Origin: Octopus bimaculoides
Taxonomy: Eukaryota
Assembly (NCBI RefSeq): GCF_001194135.2
Contig: NC_068986.1
Location: 43,587,272-43,642,995 of the forward strand
Direction of reading: 5' to 3'
Length of the DNA: 55,724 nucleotides
Position 1 is the first letter of the stretch, and each line of letters opens with the position of its first letter. This document shows, piece by piece, positions 36,941-49,062 of the stretch. The notes beneath the pieces are model-generated. The model saw nothing but the letters and a program-made list of their open reading frames with translations, had not been told where the DNA came from and made no database searches. The position numbers and the translations under genes were made by a program.

Positions 36941-37570
36941 ACGATGAATGTAAACAAACAAAAGAAGCGTTGAGATGTCTTAGAAAGTTAAAGAAGTAAT
37001 TTTTTTTTAATTCTCAAATGCAGGATAATGCTAATATAGTATGTACAGGATAAACTACTCCGATTTTGCAGAAAAAAGTGGTGGCGGCCAGCCATGAGAC
37101 TCGAACTCACACCCCTATGATTAAGCGTCGCAGTGCTCTGCATTGAAGCTAAGCTGCTCCCACAACATTTTTTTTTCTGTAAAATCGGAGTAGTTTATCC
37201 TGTTCATGCTATATTATTAGCATTATTCTGTGTGTGAGAATTAGAAAAATTATTTCTTTAACTTTCTACGACATCTCAACGCTTCTTTGTTTGTTTACAT
37301 TCATCGTTATTTGAATTTAACGTACGATAGCGTCTCATAAAGCTTGATTTATATATCTTAAATATGGAGAACAGATTTCTGGGGAGGCAGCTTAGCTGAA
37401 AAGGTAGAGCATTGCGACGAATAATCAGAGGAGTGTGAGTTCGAGTCTCATGGCTGGCCGTCAACACTTTTTCTGCAAAATCGGAGTAGTTTATCCTGTT
37501 CATGATATATTATTAGCATTATCCTGCGTTTGAGAATTAGAAAAATTACTTCTTTAACTTTCTAATACAT
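36941..37570. mobile_element. Composite fold-back element with two tRNA-derived heads and three copies of a 100-140-bp tail
   Basis: Tail (reverse) 36941-37077; head (reverse) 37078-37161; tail (forward) about 37170-37307; spacer; head (forward) 37381-37467; tail (forward) 37468-37570. Confidence 0.9.
37381..37460 (+). pseudogene. tRNA-derived (Lys/Ile-like) Pol III head; not a functional tRNA
   Basis: A-box-like TAGCTGAAAAGGTAGAGC and B-box GAGTTCGAGTC; acceptor and anticodon stems do not pair cleanly; an inverted copy lies at 37078-37161. Confidence 0.75.
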
Positions 37571-37586
37571 ATATATAATATATACT

Positions 37587-37626
<40 letters not shown>

Positions 37627-38333
37627 CTTGTAAATATTTGCATACATGGTATTTACTATATGTTCATATTTCAATACTCATTTTAGGATTATAATTTAAC
37701 TTTTAGGATTATAATTTAACAATCAAAATCATTTATTTTATTGAACAAAAGAAAGATTATATTTCAATTCTTTAACGTTTAATATTCGTATGAAATATTG
37801 TTAACTCAGATTACAGCAAACAATAGCAAAAATCTCGCCAAGATATAAGAAGCTTACAAAAAACTGGATGTCTTCATTATATACAGAGTATCATAAAGAA
37901 GAATGGAGAATTATGCATCTTCAAAAACTCATTTATTATAGTATTTTTCTCATTAAATTCGCGTTAAATCTCAGTCTCACACCTGCGTTGCTGCATAATT
38001 CTCTTAATACCTTTTGATACCGCCTTTATGTGCATTTAGTTGATTCATTTATAGTACATATTCACCCAGAGTAGACATTTCTACGCATCTTTGCTCAAGG
38101 TTTTATCCAAGTAGCTGGATGACGCGAACTGAAGAATTCAGCTTTAGACAGTTCTTATTTTCGAGTATTTTCGAGGTGAGGGAATCATAAAGTCTTAGTA
38201 TAAATCATAATAAAGATTACTTTGAAAAACGATATGACTATAGTTTTCTCATCATTTAAACTTAGAATTGCCTTTTAGAATCTAAAGGAATAGATTATGT
38301 TTTTACATACACTATGTTTTCTTTTATTACACA

Positions 38334-39019
38334 GGTCAATCATACCTTAATAAAATCAAAACCCCTTGTCCAATTTTCTTGAAAGTTTTACAGAATATGT
38401 AGGATTATGTATGCCATGTCTTATGTACTTTTCGTGTAAATCGGTGTACATTCAAAGTAGAAATGAAGAAACAACACGTTTATAGGGTGATTCTTTTTAT
38501 TATGCATGTTAACAAATATTATGTAAATTATATGTAATGGGATTTATATATAGAACAATACATAACCAGACCATTAATATATACGTATATCTTCCACTAT
38601 ATAATTATATTTACAAACAATTATGTATATATTTTACATCTTTATATAGCCCCCTTTACCATCTATGACTTTAAATATTCTCTCATCAACTGATTTTGTC
38701 AATTTCTCAACAATCTCACTTTTAATATTACTTGCAGCAGTTTTATTGTTTCCCATAGTAAACCCTTCTTTACTTCGATCCATTTCTACATCTCCTGTAT
38801 CTGAAATTAAGAAAAAACATTTCAAAACCACATATCACATGGGGAAAAGCAGTATCTTGTTAACTTGCATATAAATGTGTTTTTCTTTATTTCCGCTTTA
38901 AATGTACACCGATTTATACAAACAGTACTCGAGGCATGGGATACATAATCCTACATATCTCGTAAAAATTTCAAGAAAATCGGACAAGTCGTTTTGATTT
39001 TATTGAGGAATGATTGACC
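38334..39019 (-). mobile_element. Non-autonomous Tc1-like derivative with about 150-bp TIRs and a transposase C-terminal remnant
   Basis: 38334-38485 and 38868-39019 are imperfect inverted repeats (ggtcaatcat...atgattgacc|TA); internal minus frame ends EIVEKLTKSVDERIFKVIDGKGGYIKM*, like Tc1-type C-termini. Confidence 0.8.
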
Positions 39020-39962
39020 TACATAGTAAAAGGAAACATAGTGTACACAAATTCGTGCACGAAACATTGTAACTTTCAGTACTAATAAATTCCATAGAGA
39101 ATCTGTACAGATAAACTTAAAAGTGATTGTATCGCACTGCTAAAGCAAAAGTAGGACAGTATTGACTTAGAAACCTTTAATATACTTGGTAGGATATTAT
39201 GGATGCAAAACGAAATACAGTATCCCCAGCAGCAATTAATTTCTAAATGAATATCATTTTCTTCAACTGGTTATTCTCTGAAAATTATTGCACTAATAAT
39301 TGTGCTTCAAGGAATAAATGGTTTTATAGCAATAGATATTTCCGTTATTGTGTTGTAGGTCAATGGGAAAAGTAGTACACTTCTATAAATGCTTTTAGAT
39401 ATTCCATGCCATTAGCGGAAATTTCACATCATATCACTTATAAGCTTGTAAATCATATCATTCTTAGGCCTGGTAATTTCCATTCAGATAATCTTTACTG
39501 TTATCTGCACGTTCAGATATGTTGTAAATTTATATTATCGGTTCTAAAATTCTTATATATTTATATTGGTTATAGAAATTAATGTTTTGTTTTACCTACT
39601 TTTAATTAATTATTTCTTTAATATCCTTCTCATTCGATCTTAACAACCCGAGAAGTTACCCAAACTGATAACTATTGAGAGATATGAGAGTAAGTCTGTG
39701 AATTTGTATAACTGCCTATGGTCATAGTGCTTATTTTTCTTTTTAATTTATCAAAACCATACATTTATACATTTTACAGTGAAAGAATAATTACAATATT
39801 CTTCTGATAACTCTGAAATTGTGTTAAAATACAAATGATAAATTCTTATATGCAATCGATTCAACGATATTTATTCCGTCACCGGTGGCGTCCTTTGACC
39901 ACAATTCATGCCACTTAAAGTAAAATATGTAGTACACATGTCATTCACTGCTGTAGGCAGGA

Positions 39963-40200
39963 CAGGGTGTTCGGGCTAAATTTGTCAGTTTGCATAAACA
40001 GAAAAGAAAGCACATTATCCCGTCCAAAAGTAAAATTTTTTTTTTTTAAATTACGAAATATCAACCAGATTACGGTTGAGAGATAACAGTTTATTCAAAG
40101 CAGCTGCCCCAGCTTCTACCACGGCCGCAAGACGGTTCGAAAATCAGGGAATATGGCTTTATACATCATATTTCTCAAAGTTCGTCGCCAAATTTCAGCC
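39963..40200 (-). mobile_element. 3' end of another maT/Tc1-like element
   Basis: TIR-like cagggtgttcgggctaaatttg; minus strand ends with a degenerate RFRT-LEAVVEAG-SCFE* pattern. Confidence 0.6.
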
Positions 40201-40289
40201 AACAAAAGTCAACATAGTGATTGACCATTGATTTCTCTCTAACCTAGCTAAACATGCACCTCATATATACAACCCGAACTCCAACCCAC

Positions 40290-40930
40290 AACTTCTGAAA
40301 TGATTCCATAAACAGGGATCTTGGGAGTGTCTTAAAATGGGGCCATGCCCACCACATCTCCTTTAACAGCATAACATCCTAAGCACTACTCACATCAAGA
40401 AAGCACCATCGCATCACACCCCCTTTCAACATGAAGGATATTCAATAACAGCTCTCAAATCCACCCGAAATGCAGAGTCCCTCTATCACCAAGTATCTTT
40501 CCTGGTGAAAGCACATCTTTAGTGTAGCTAGGAATGCATCTCAAATACAAGTCCTTTCCTTTAATGTTACAAAATATTTCATCTCATAAATGCTGCTGTC
40601 ACAATGCAAGTCTCATGTGATACCCACAAAATTTACTCCTCCCAGGTCTGGGATATTGCTGCCACTCACACGGACTTCCGGTAAATAGCCGCTCAGCCGG
40701 CTGGTATTCCGTCACTGACAGACAAATTTGCATATCTCACCCACTGTTTCACAATTTCCCCTCTGTATATTTCCGATCACCACTATGTCTTCTGCTGCTT
40801 GAAGCTGGTAATTCTCAAACCAACACCATTTATGCACCCCCAAACTCAGAGGTGAACTACTATTCTCAGTCCTTCAGCTACACTGTCGGTGTCATAGCCT
40901 CTGCCCCTTATTCCACACTCAGCATGCAAA
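40290..40930 (+). mobile_element. CR1/L2-group LINE 3' fragment
   Basis: KYFIS*MLLSQCKSHVIPT, YSSQVWDIAATHT and the PFIPHT-type terminus, across frameshifts. Confidence 0.7.
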
Positions 40931-42134
40931 ACAAATTCAAATATATTTCGTAGATATTGGGGAATGATAAGTTTCAAATACTCTTTTAATATTATATTAC
41001 AATCGAATCCACATTTTACACATTTAATGTAAAAATGGTACCGGAAAACTAAGTGCCTGCTACTTACTTCCCTTTAATATGTCGTTTTCTTGAATGAACA
41101 TAATTACATATTTTTACCGATTATATAGCTTTAATAATATAAGAAATACACAAGTTGATGTTCGTTATGTGCGACCGAAGCAGTATTACTTTCAAACAGC
41201 AATTTATGTATCGTACACATAGCAGATACATAATTGTCCCTTTAAACTACTATGCTTCTGTCACACATAACGAATTTATATTCAGCCTACCGGCTCACTG
41301 CGACATCGCCGAGTTTTCACTTATTTTACTATATCAATTATGGCAATGCAGTTACCAGTGGATACTGGCTACTGGTGAAGCAAATTGAGGCAGAAATGCG
41401 CACTTAGTAATGCCACAACCGCTACCGGATGATTTTCGTCTGCTATCGATATACTTCTGTGTTTATTAATACTATACGTCTATAAGAAATATCTCAGGAC
41501 GAATACCGCAGTTAATTAGTCCTTCAATCAGGTATTTACTTTAACAACAATGATGCACAGATTGCTATTTTGAACTAGTTAATATATCGATGTAAATAAA
41601 AAAATATCGGAAAGTAATTATTCTAACGGAATAAAAACATTCTTCAACACTTCAACTTTAACATTCTTCACTCTACCACATTTAACACCAGCGCTCGAAT
41701 GTTCCATAAAATGTTTTTTACTAGACTTCACGGCATCATTTCCGTTTCAATAACACAAAAACAAATTGTTTTGTCAACAAACACGCACACTGTTTCCAGT
41801 CAATTTGCTGGATAACATCAGTTAATATCTCTCGGTAACATCAGGTAACATTTCTCGGAAAAATTTCTACCCAAAACATTATTTTTCTTCTTTTCCGCAC
41901 AACAAAATATTTTATTTCACTTTGTGAACTTCGTGTATTTACTATTTGCCGAGATGTGCCATCACGAGTTACGTCAATTTTATATCTCAGTTCATCTAAA
42001 ACATTGCTTTTATGTATTTATTTCTAAATTAAATATAAATATCTTTCCATTTTAATTTCACTTATAAACACTTCTTCTGTTCCACTATCTCTTATTTCTC
42101 TCACTTCTCACTTTTACTGTCCCCGCTCTGTGTT

Positions 42135-42140
42135 TCTTCT

Positions 42141-42195
<55 letters not shown>

Positions 42196-42215
42196 TTATC
42201 TCTCTCTCTCTCTTT
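42135..42215. repeat. (CT)n microsatellite
   Basis: Directly visible. Confidence 0.95.
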
Positions 42216-43670
42216 CTGTTCTCCTGTTTCTCTTTAATGTCCGTACGCACATATTTCACTTTACTTTATTTCGCATTTTCCCTTTCTCTTCATTTCCGCG
42301 TCTATGTAGAAAATAACGAAAATAACAACATCAATAAAATACAAACAAATCATCTCTTACTGCTTATACTTGTTCAATAAGATTTACTTTGACTGTGAAT
42401 AGAATACCGTTCATACACTTATGTTATCTGCAATTAAGTAGAAAAAAAAATTGTTATTTGCCCCGATGATTATCAAAATATAAAAACGATAGTAGGATAA
42501 TATTGGCATCTGAGTTATCAAAACAGGAAAAAGTGTAATTACAGTAACTCACGCATGATTAAATAAATGTGCAAGAGACAGAAAAAACATTGATGAAAAC
42601 CTAGTTTTCGATGTGCTAAACTACAAAGTATTGACAATTTTTCGGATACGAGAGAATTCTACTGAATCTTAATCATTTGAGGTATTACATTAACTGAGGC
42701 TACGTATTCCAGTACATAAAATTAAATCGATAATGTATAAATATATGTTCTTGAAGATGGCTTTTAATATTTCAATATTTTGTGTCGGTAAGTTATATGC
42801 AAGTAATCACTGATGTGAAATCAACCATATGTACCACAACTCAAAAACAATATACATAGGTTGTAGATGGCTATATGTTTCAAATGCCGGATATATTAGA
42901 CTAATAAGTTGCGCTAGGCAAATAATTCAATAAATATATATATATATATANNNNNNNNNNNNNNNNNNNNNNNNNNNNNNNNNNNNNNNNNNNNNNNNNN
43001 NNNNNNNNNNNNNNNNNNNNNNNNNNNNNNNNNNNNNNNNNNNNNNNNNNNNNNNNNNNNNNNNNNNNNNNNNNNNNNNNNNNNNNNNNNNNNNNNNNNN
43101 NNNNNNNNNNNNNNNNNNNNNNNNNNNNNNNNNNNNNNNNNNNNNNNNNNNNNNNNNNNNNNNNNNNNNNNNNNNNNNNNNNNNNNNNNNNNNNNNNNNN
43201 NNNNNNNNNNNNNNNNNNNNNNNNNNNNNNNNNNNNNNNNNNNNNNNNNNNNNNNNNNNNNNNNNNNNNNNNNNNNNNNNNNNNNNNNNNNNNNNNNNNN
43301 NNNNNNNNNNNNNNNNNNNNNNNNNNNNNNNNNNNNNNNNNNNNNNNNNNNNNNNNNNNNNNNNNNNNNNNNNNNNNNNNNNNNNNNNNNNNNNNNNNNN
43401 NNNNNNNNNNNNNNNNNNNNNNNNNNNNNNNNNNNNNNNNNNNNNNNNNNNNNNNNNNNNNNNNNNNNNNNNNNNNNNNNNNNNNNNNNNNNNNNNNNNN
43501 NNNNNNNNNNNNNNNNNNNNNNNNNNNNNNNNNNNNNNNNNNNNNNNNNNNNNNNNNNNNNNNNNNNNNNNNNNNNNNNNNNNNNNNNNNNNNNNNNNNN
43601 NNNNNNNNNNNNNNNNNNNNNNNNNNNNNNNNNNNNNNNNNNNNNNNNNNNNNNNNNNNNNNNNNNNNNN

Positions 43671-43697
<27 letters not shown>

Positions 43698-43702
<5 letters not shown>

Positions 43703-44870
43703 GGGGCAAAATTAAGGCAACCAACCTTTTTCAATTTTACCAAACCAAAATATATTTTGGGGCCGAGGGTTGCAATGCAATGATAAGGGATAAACAATTA
43801 TGACACTACCACATTTATTCGATACGACCACATCTGTTTCGTATCACAACTTTAATTCTAGGTGCAAATTATTCACACGCGGCACACAGCTGTTTTTGCA
43901 GAATCTAAGTTCAATTCCTGGTGCACTTTTGTCTTCAGAGCGTCGAGCAAAGCATGAGGAATGCTCGAAACCCTCATTGCAAAAATGAACCACACAGAAA
44001 ATGCAATAAGTTGAGCTCAGGGCTTCTTGAAGGTCATACAACTTTACCTATGAACAACGGAATATTTTTTCCTGAATGCAATGTTGTGTCTGTTTGAGCT
44101 GTGGGATGGTGCCGAGTCCTGTTGGAGGCTCCAAGGTGCGCCTTGAAAGTACTCATTCGCCCATGGAAGCAGTTCAGCTTTCAGAGTATTGCTGGGTGTT
44201 AACTTTAACACCCGAGGGCACAAAAACTAGGGGAGACCATCCAGTGGCTGTCACAACAACCGAAACGATAAATGACTGTAGATTTTGACGTTGATTTACG
44301 AGTCTACACTTGACGGAGTCTGATACACTCCAAAGTCGGTCATTCTGGTGGTTTATTGTCTGTTCGATGCCAAATTTCTTTTCATCGGTAAAACCAGGTT
44401 GGGCAGCGTGCCTTCGGCAATCTGACGCAAGATAAGAGAACTTTTCACCGGTTTCATGACCTTATAAACTTGTGTGAGTTCATGACGGTAGATCAACTTG
44501 TAGGGGTTGGTCCTGAGATCCTATTTCAACACTCGATACATCGATGTTCGGCTTATTTATGCTGCAGCATCCAGTTTTCCGACGGAATGGCGAGGATTTC
44601 ACCATACCTTTTCTCTGGTATCTTGGTAAGCTGAGGGGTCTGCACACTTCTTTTTCGGCCACGTCCAGATCGATCAGCAGTGGAACCATTCTCTTGAAAT
44701 TTTTGACAATTTTTCAAACTGTTCTTCGGTTAATTCTAAGCTTTTTTGCTATAGCTGTATTGCTTTCGCCTCCTTTGTGGAGGATTATCATTGTATTTCG
44801 GTCTATAGCCATTAGCTAATTTATAAATCTGAATTTATTTAGTCTGAAGCAAAACGAAGACACTTTTTAT
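43698..44870 (-). mobile_element. maT-like (DD37D-type) transposon, near-complete but disrupted transposase at about 44812-43820
   Basis: MAIDRNTMIILHKGGESNTAIAKKLRINRRTV; VFTDEKKFGIEQTINHQNDRLWS; SPLVFVPSGVKVN; LQQDSAPSH...*PSRSPELNLLH (37-residue spacing, third D read as H); TIR-like agggtggggcaaaattaagg at the left end. Confidence 0.85.
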
Positions 44871-45614
44871 AATGATGTATAATTTTCATATTTTATTACA
44901 TTTATTGATAGTTATTAAAGCCCGAAACTTCGGGCGTATGTATGTATATATGTATGTATATATATATATGTATATANNNNNNNNNNNNNNNNNNNNNNNN
45001 NNNNNNNNNNNNNNNNNNNNNNNNNNNNNNNNNNNNNNNNNNNNNNNNNNNNNNNNNNNNNNNNNNNNNNNNNNNNNNNNNNNNNNNNNNNNNNNNNNNN
45101 NNNNNNNNNNNNNNNNNNNNNNNNNNNNNNNNNNNNNNNNNNNNNNNNNNNNNNNNNNNNNNNNNNNNNNNNNNNNNNNNNNNNNNNNNNNNNNNNNNNN
45201 NNNNNNNNNNNNNNNNNNNNNNNNNNNNNNNNNNNNNNATATATATATGCGCAGCTGATAGCATCAGTATTGGTCTTCTAATCTGCCTAATTGCTATGCC
45301 TGCAGCGAGTAGCCTTGTGACCCTATTTCGCTGGAGAGCAGCCACGATCACAACATTACCACCGCAAACATCATTTCTACCGTCGTCAAAACCACCACAC
45401 TTTTTCCTCTTAATCAATGATCACTATCGTGACGACGAGCACCATCTTTAATCCCACTATATTTACTATCACACTTGCTATCGTTGTCATCACTAACCTC
45501 AACATTATCATCGTTCCTCCAGTTTTTCTTCTACTAGGTTAGTCAAATTCTTTTTCGTGTGTTAAGCTTTAATTGATAGTTCAAATAAATTAAATACGAA
45601 AAGCGTAGATTTAT

Positions 45615-46140
45615 CAAAATATATCCTATCATATTCTATTGTGTGTTGTCATCATTGTGCCAGTAGCTCATTCCCATGCTGAAGCCATTTGACTGGTTTA
45701 GAGGCAAAAAAACTCCCTGTACTCGTTTTCAATCTCATCCACGTTGTTAAAGCTCTGTCCGTGTAGGAAATGAGCCAAGGTGGTAATCTAATAGTGTAAG
45801 ATTTGGACTTGAAGCAGGATGATGCAGCACCTTTAGCCTCTCAAGTTACTCACGTGTGTGATTGTTCACATTGGTGATGTGTGCTTGGGCATTGCCATGC
45901 GCATCTTCGATTGACCAAAGGTCAGTGTTCACCGCATGACCATCTGGGACAAGCTCAAGTGCAACCACCCTACTCGAAATTTCACCAAATACACAGGATG
46001 ACCTTTTGTTCAAACTTTCCTGGTTTGACATCAGGTTCTGAAGGTTAGCCGAACGAAGCCAGATTTCTTTAATTAGGATTACAAAGATAAATCTATTTTC
46101 CATCTCCGGTTACAATTCGACGCCAAAAAGTAGGTATCTT
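45615..46140 (-). mobile_element. mariner (DD34D) transposase C-terminal fragment
   Basis: FWRRIVTGD-K*IY; KPGKFEQKVILCIW*NFE; VLHHPASSPNLTLLDYHL; FFASKP; IEYDRIYFD. Confidence 0.8.
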
Positions 46141-46154
46141 GAATATTTGCCACC

Positions 46155-46450
46155 AGTTGTTTGCAAATCGATGTTCTTCTCTCTTCTTAATTACCCACAT
46201 CTCTTTGCGTATAAGAGTGCAGGTAGGACGGTGCTATTAAAGAGACTGGCGCGCAGGGTCTTGATCAACTTTTCTTGGAGCAGATATTTTATCGAAGTAA
46301 ACACCTTCCATCGTAGTCTTTATGCACTACGAGATTTTGGTGACCCTGTCTCGGCGCATATTCACTGTGAGTCCGACATAGACGTATTCGTGTACTTCAT
46401 CGATTTGATCGCTTCCCACCTTTATTTGATTTTGTGCTACGTCTTCAGAC
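46155..46450 (-). mobile_element. RTE-clade LINE RT C-terminal fragment
   Basis: IDEVHEYVYVGLTVNMRRD; RWKVFTSIKYLLQEKLIKTLRASLFNSTVLPALLY. Confidence 0.8.
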
Positions 46451-46589
46451 CACATGTATTTTGTCTATATGCGACTCTTTTAAGACCTACTGTTGAGCTA
46501 TAGGTCTCCAGCTATGTCAGCATGATCTGCAACTGATCAGCGATTTGGGCAATGAGTGCATTGCCATCGGTGAATCGGAGATGTTTTAG

Positions 46590-46604
46590 TAGAGAGAGAG
46601 AGAC

Positions 46605-46660
<56 letters not shown>
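46590..46660. repeat. (GA)n/(CAGA)n microsatellite
   Basis: Directly visible. Confidence 0.95.
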
Positions 46661-46661
<1 letters not shown>

Positions 46662-46906
46662 AAAAAGGAAAATGCCCTACATATTTGAAGACTATGGAAA
46701 TATTTACAAAACATTTCATGAAGCTTTTTCCTCAATTTAATTAGCTTTCTTAATTAATATCCACCTTTGTTTTACTCTTAGTTGAAAAGGTTGAAAAGAC
46801 AGAAACCAGTACTAACCATTGCAAAATATATTTCATAAAATTATTTTAGCATTTTCTACCTTGTCTTATTTTCCTTGTACATATCAACTCTTGTGTNNNN
46901 NNNNNN

Positions 46907-46937
<31 letters not shown>

Positions 46938-46997
46938 GTATATATGTATGTATGTATATATATATGTGTGTGTGTATATATGTATGCATATGTATGC

Positions 46998-47028
<31 letters not shown>

Positions 47029-47036
47029 TGTATGTA

Positions 47037-48214
47037 TTAGGTCATCAAGTATGAAATTTGTAGTAAGTAACCTGGTAAAATTTGACAGCTGCTCATTTTG
47101 TACCATTATTATATTTTGACAATCTGTATTGATTTGTAGGAAGCTGACATATCTATTTCTTTATTCTAACACGTTTTGCGCTTTATAAAGTATTTATAAA
47201 TCGTTTCTCGCTGTTTTGGTTTAGAGATGGATAAATCGGAAATTCGTACAGTTTTGAAATATAAGATCTTTCTTAGAAATACAGTATCACAGAGAGCTCG
47301 GAATATTATTGGTGTATTTCATTCTAATTTTATTACACAGCAGACAGTATCAAATTGGTTTGCAAAATTTCGTTCTGGTAACTTTGACCTAAGAAATGAG
47401 CAACGCGCTCGACCAGAAACAAAGGTGGATAATGACAAACTGAAGGCCACCGTCGAGTCAAATCCATCTCAAAGTACCCGTGAATTATCGTTGTAGTTTA
47501 GTGTTAGTAAGCAAACAATATTGACTCACCTAGTTCAAAACTGAAAAAGTTGGATAAGTGGGTCCCACATGAACTTAATGAAAATCAGAAACAGCCTGCA
47601 TTATGCTACTTTCTCATCACAAAAATGAATCATTTTTTAATCGAATTGTAGCATACGATGAGAAATGGATTCAATACAATAACCGTAAACGTTCAGCACA
47701 ATGGTTAGACAAAGACGAGGCACCAAAACACAGTCCAAAAAGCAAAATTCATCAAAAACGCTGATGGTATGTGTTTGGTGGTCTGGTGCAGGTGTGATCC
47801 ATTATGATTTCATAAAACCCGGCTCATCAATCACGGCCAATGTTTACTGCAGCCAACTGGACCAAATGGTGCAGAAACTTTCCAAAACCACAACCTATTT
47901 TATTGCAAAACAACGCCAGATTACACATTGCAAAAATGACATTGACGAAACTACAGGAGTTGAAGTTGGAAGTTCTCCATCGTCCACCATACTCACCTGA
48001 TCTTGCCCCCACTGACTACCACTTATTTCAGAATTTGGATAACTTTTTGATAGGAAAAAAATTTAATTCCGACGATGCTGTAAAACAGGCCTTCCAAGAT
48101 TTTATTGACTCTAGATTGCCAGGCTTTTACAATTCTGGGTTGGACAACCTACCGCTGAAATGGCAAAAGTGTATCGACAATATGGGTGCATACTTTGATG
48201 AATAAAACTATTCC
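47037..48214 (+). mobile_element. Near full-length mariner element (DD34D), disrupted transposase at 47227-48205
   Basis: 5' TIR ttaggtcatcaagtatgaaat after TA; MDKSEIR...WFAKFRSGNFDL; WVPHELNE; RIVAYDEKW; VCVWW; PPYSPDLAPTDYHLF; KCIDNMGAYFDE*. The 3' TIR is in the gap. Confidence 0.95.
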
Positions 48215-48450
48215 NNNNNNNNNNNNNNNNNNNNNNNNNNNNNNNNNNNNNNNNNNNNNNNNNNNNNNNNNNNNNNNNNNNNNNNNNNNNNNNNNNNNNN
48301 NNNNNNNNNNNNNNNNNNNNNNNNNNNNNNNNNNNNNNNNNNNNNNNNNNNNNNNNNNNNNNNNNNNNNNNNNNNNNNNNNNNNNNNNNNNNNNNNNNNN
48401 NNNNNNNNNNNNNNNNNNNNNNNNNNNNNNNNNNNNNNNNNNNNNNNNNN

Positions 48451-48484
<34 letters not shown>

Positions 48485-48488
48485 TGTA

Positions 48489-48640
48489 AGAGGCTTCTTT
48501 CAGTTTCCGTCTACCAAATCCACTCACAAGGCTTTGGTCGGCCCGAGGCTATAGTAGAAGACACTTTCCCAAGGTTTCACGCAGTGAGACTGAAACTGGA
48601 ACCATGTGGTTGGCAAGAAAGCTTCTTACCACACAGCCAC
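48489..48640 (-). mobile_element. SINE family A 5' half
   Basis: Reverse complement of the head (gcttcttaccacacagccac) and body (ccactcacaaggctttggtcggcccgaggctatagtagaagacac). Confidence 0.9.
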
Positions 48641-48744
48641 TTTTGTATTTTGTATGTATATGTTTATAATATTGTATCATAGTATCAACCAGACTATCGG
48701 GTGCAGTTATACACTACTGGTCATACGCTAACACAATTCCTGAA

Positions 48745-48812
48745 CGGGATGCCATTCCGTCACAAGTTTACGCATTTGCAGCTGAATAGACAGGAGCAAC
48801 GTGAAATAAATT
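48745..48812 (-). mobile_element. CORE-type SINE fragment
   Basis: gctgaatagacaggagcaacgtgaaataaa is the reverse complement of the CORE-like segment at 32945-32985. Confidence 0.55.
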
Positions 48813-49062
48813 AATATTTAGCAGAAGCACCAGAGTGACTCAAGGTCCGAGAATTTAGTGCATTTGGTAAATGACAACGCACGAGACCCTCAGACCTTAA
48901 GTCACTCTGTTGCTTCTGCTAAATATGAATAAAAATGTGTGTGAGAGTGTGCATGAGTATGTGTGTGTGTGTGTATTTACTAATATTTAGTAGAAGTAAC
49001 AGAGTTGCTCAAGGTCCGGACTCTCGGACCTTGTGTCATTCTGTTACTTCTGCTAAATATTA
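48811..49062. mobile_element. Two adjacent fold-back units that share the same about 38-bp arm
   Basis: Unit 1 at 48811-48930 (about 38-nt loop); unit 2 at 48981-49062 (6-nt loop gactct); arm consensus taatatttagcagaagtaacagagtgactcaaggtccg. Confidence 0.9.

Noticed and set aside
37078-37467. Functional tRNA genes
   Set aside because: Acceptor and anticodon stems do not pair, the two copies differ in the anticodon region, and both are fused to a repeat tail
41155-41960. Short ORFs and moderately complex sequence as a possible host exon
   Set aside because: No recognisable domain, and no consistent splice signals or reading frame
48811-49062. CRISPR-like repeat-spacer pattern
   Set aside because: The repeats alternate in orientation (hairpin arms), the context is eukaryotic and there are no cas genes
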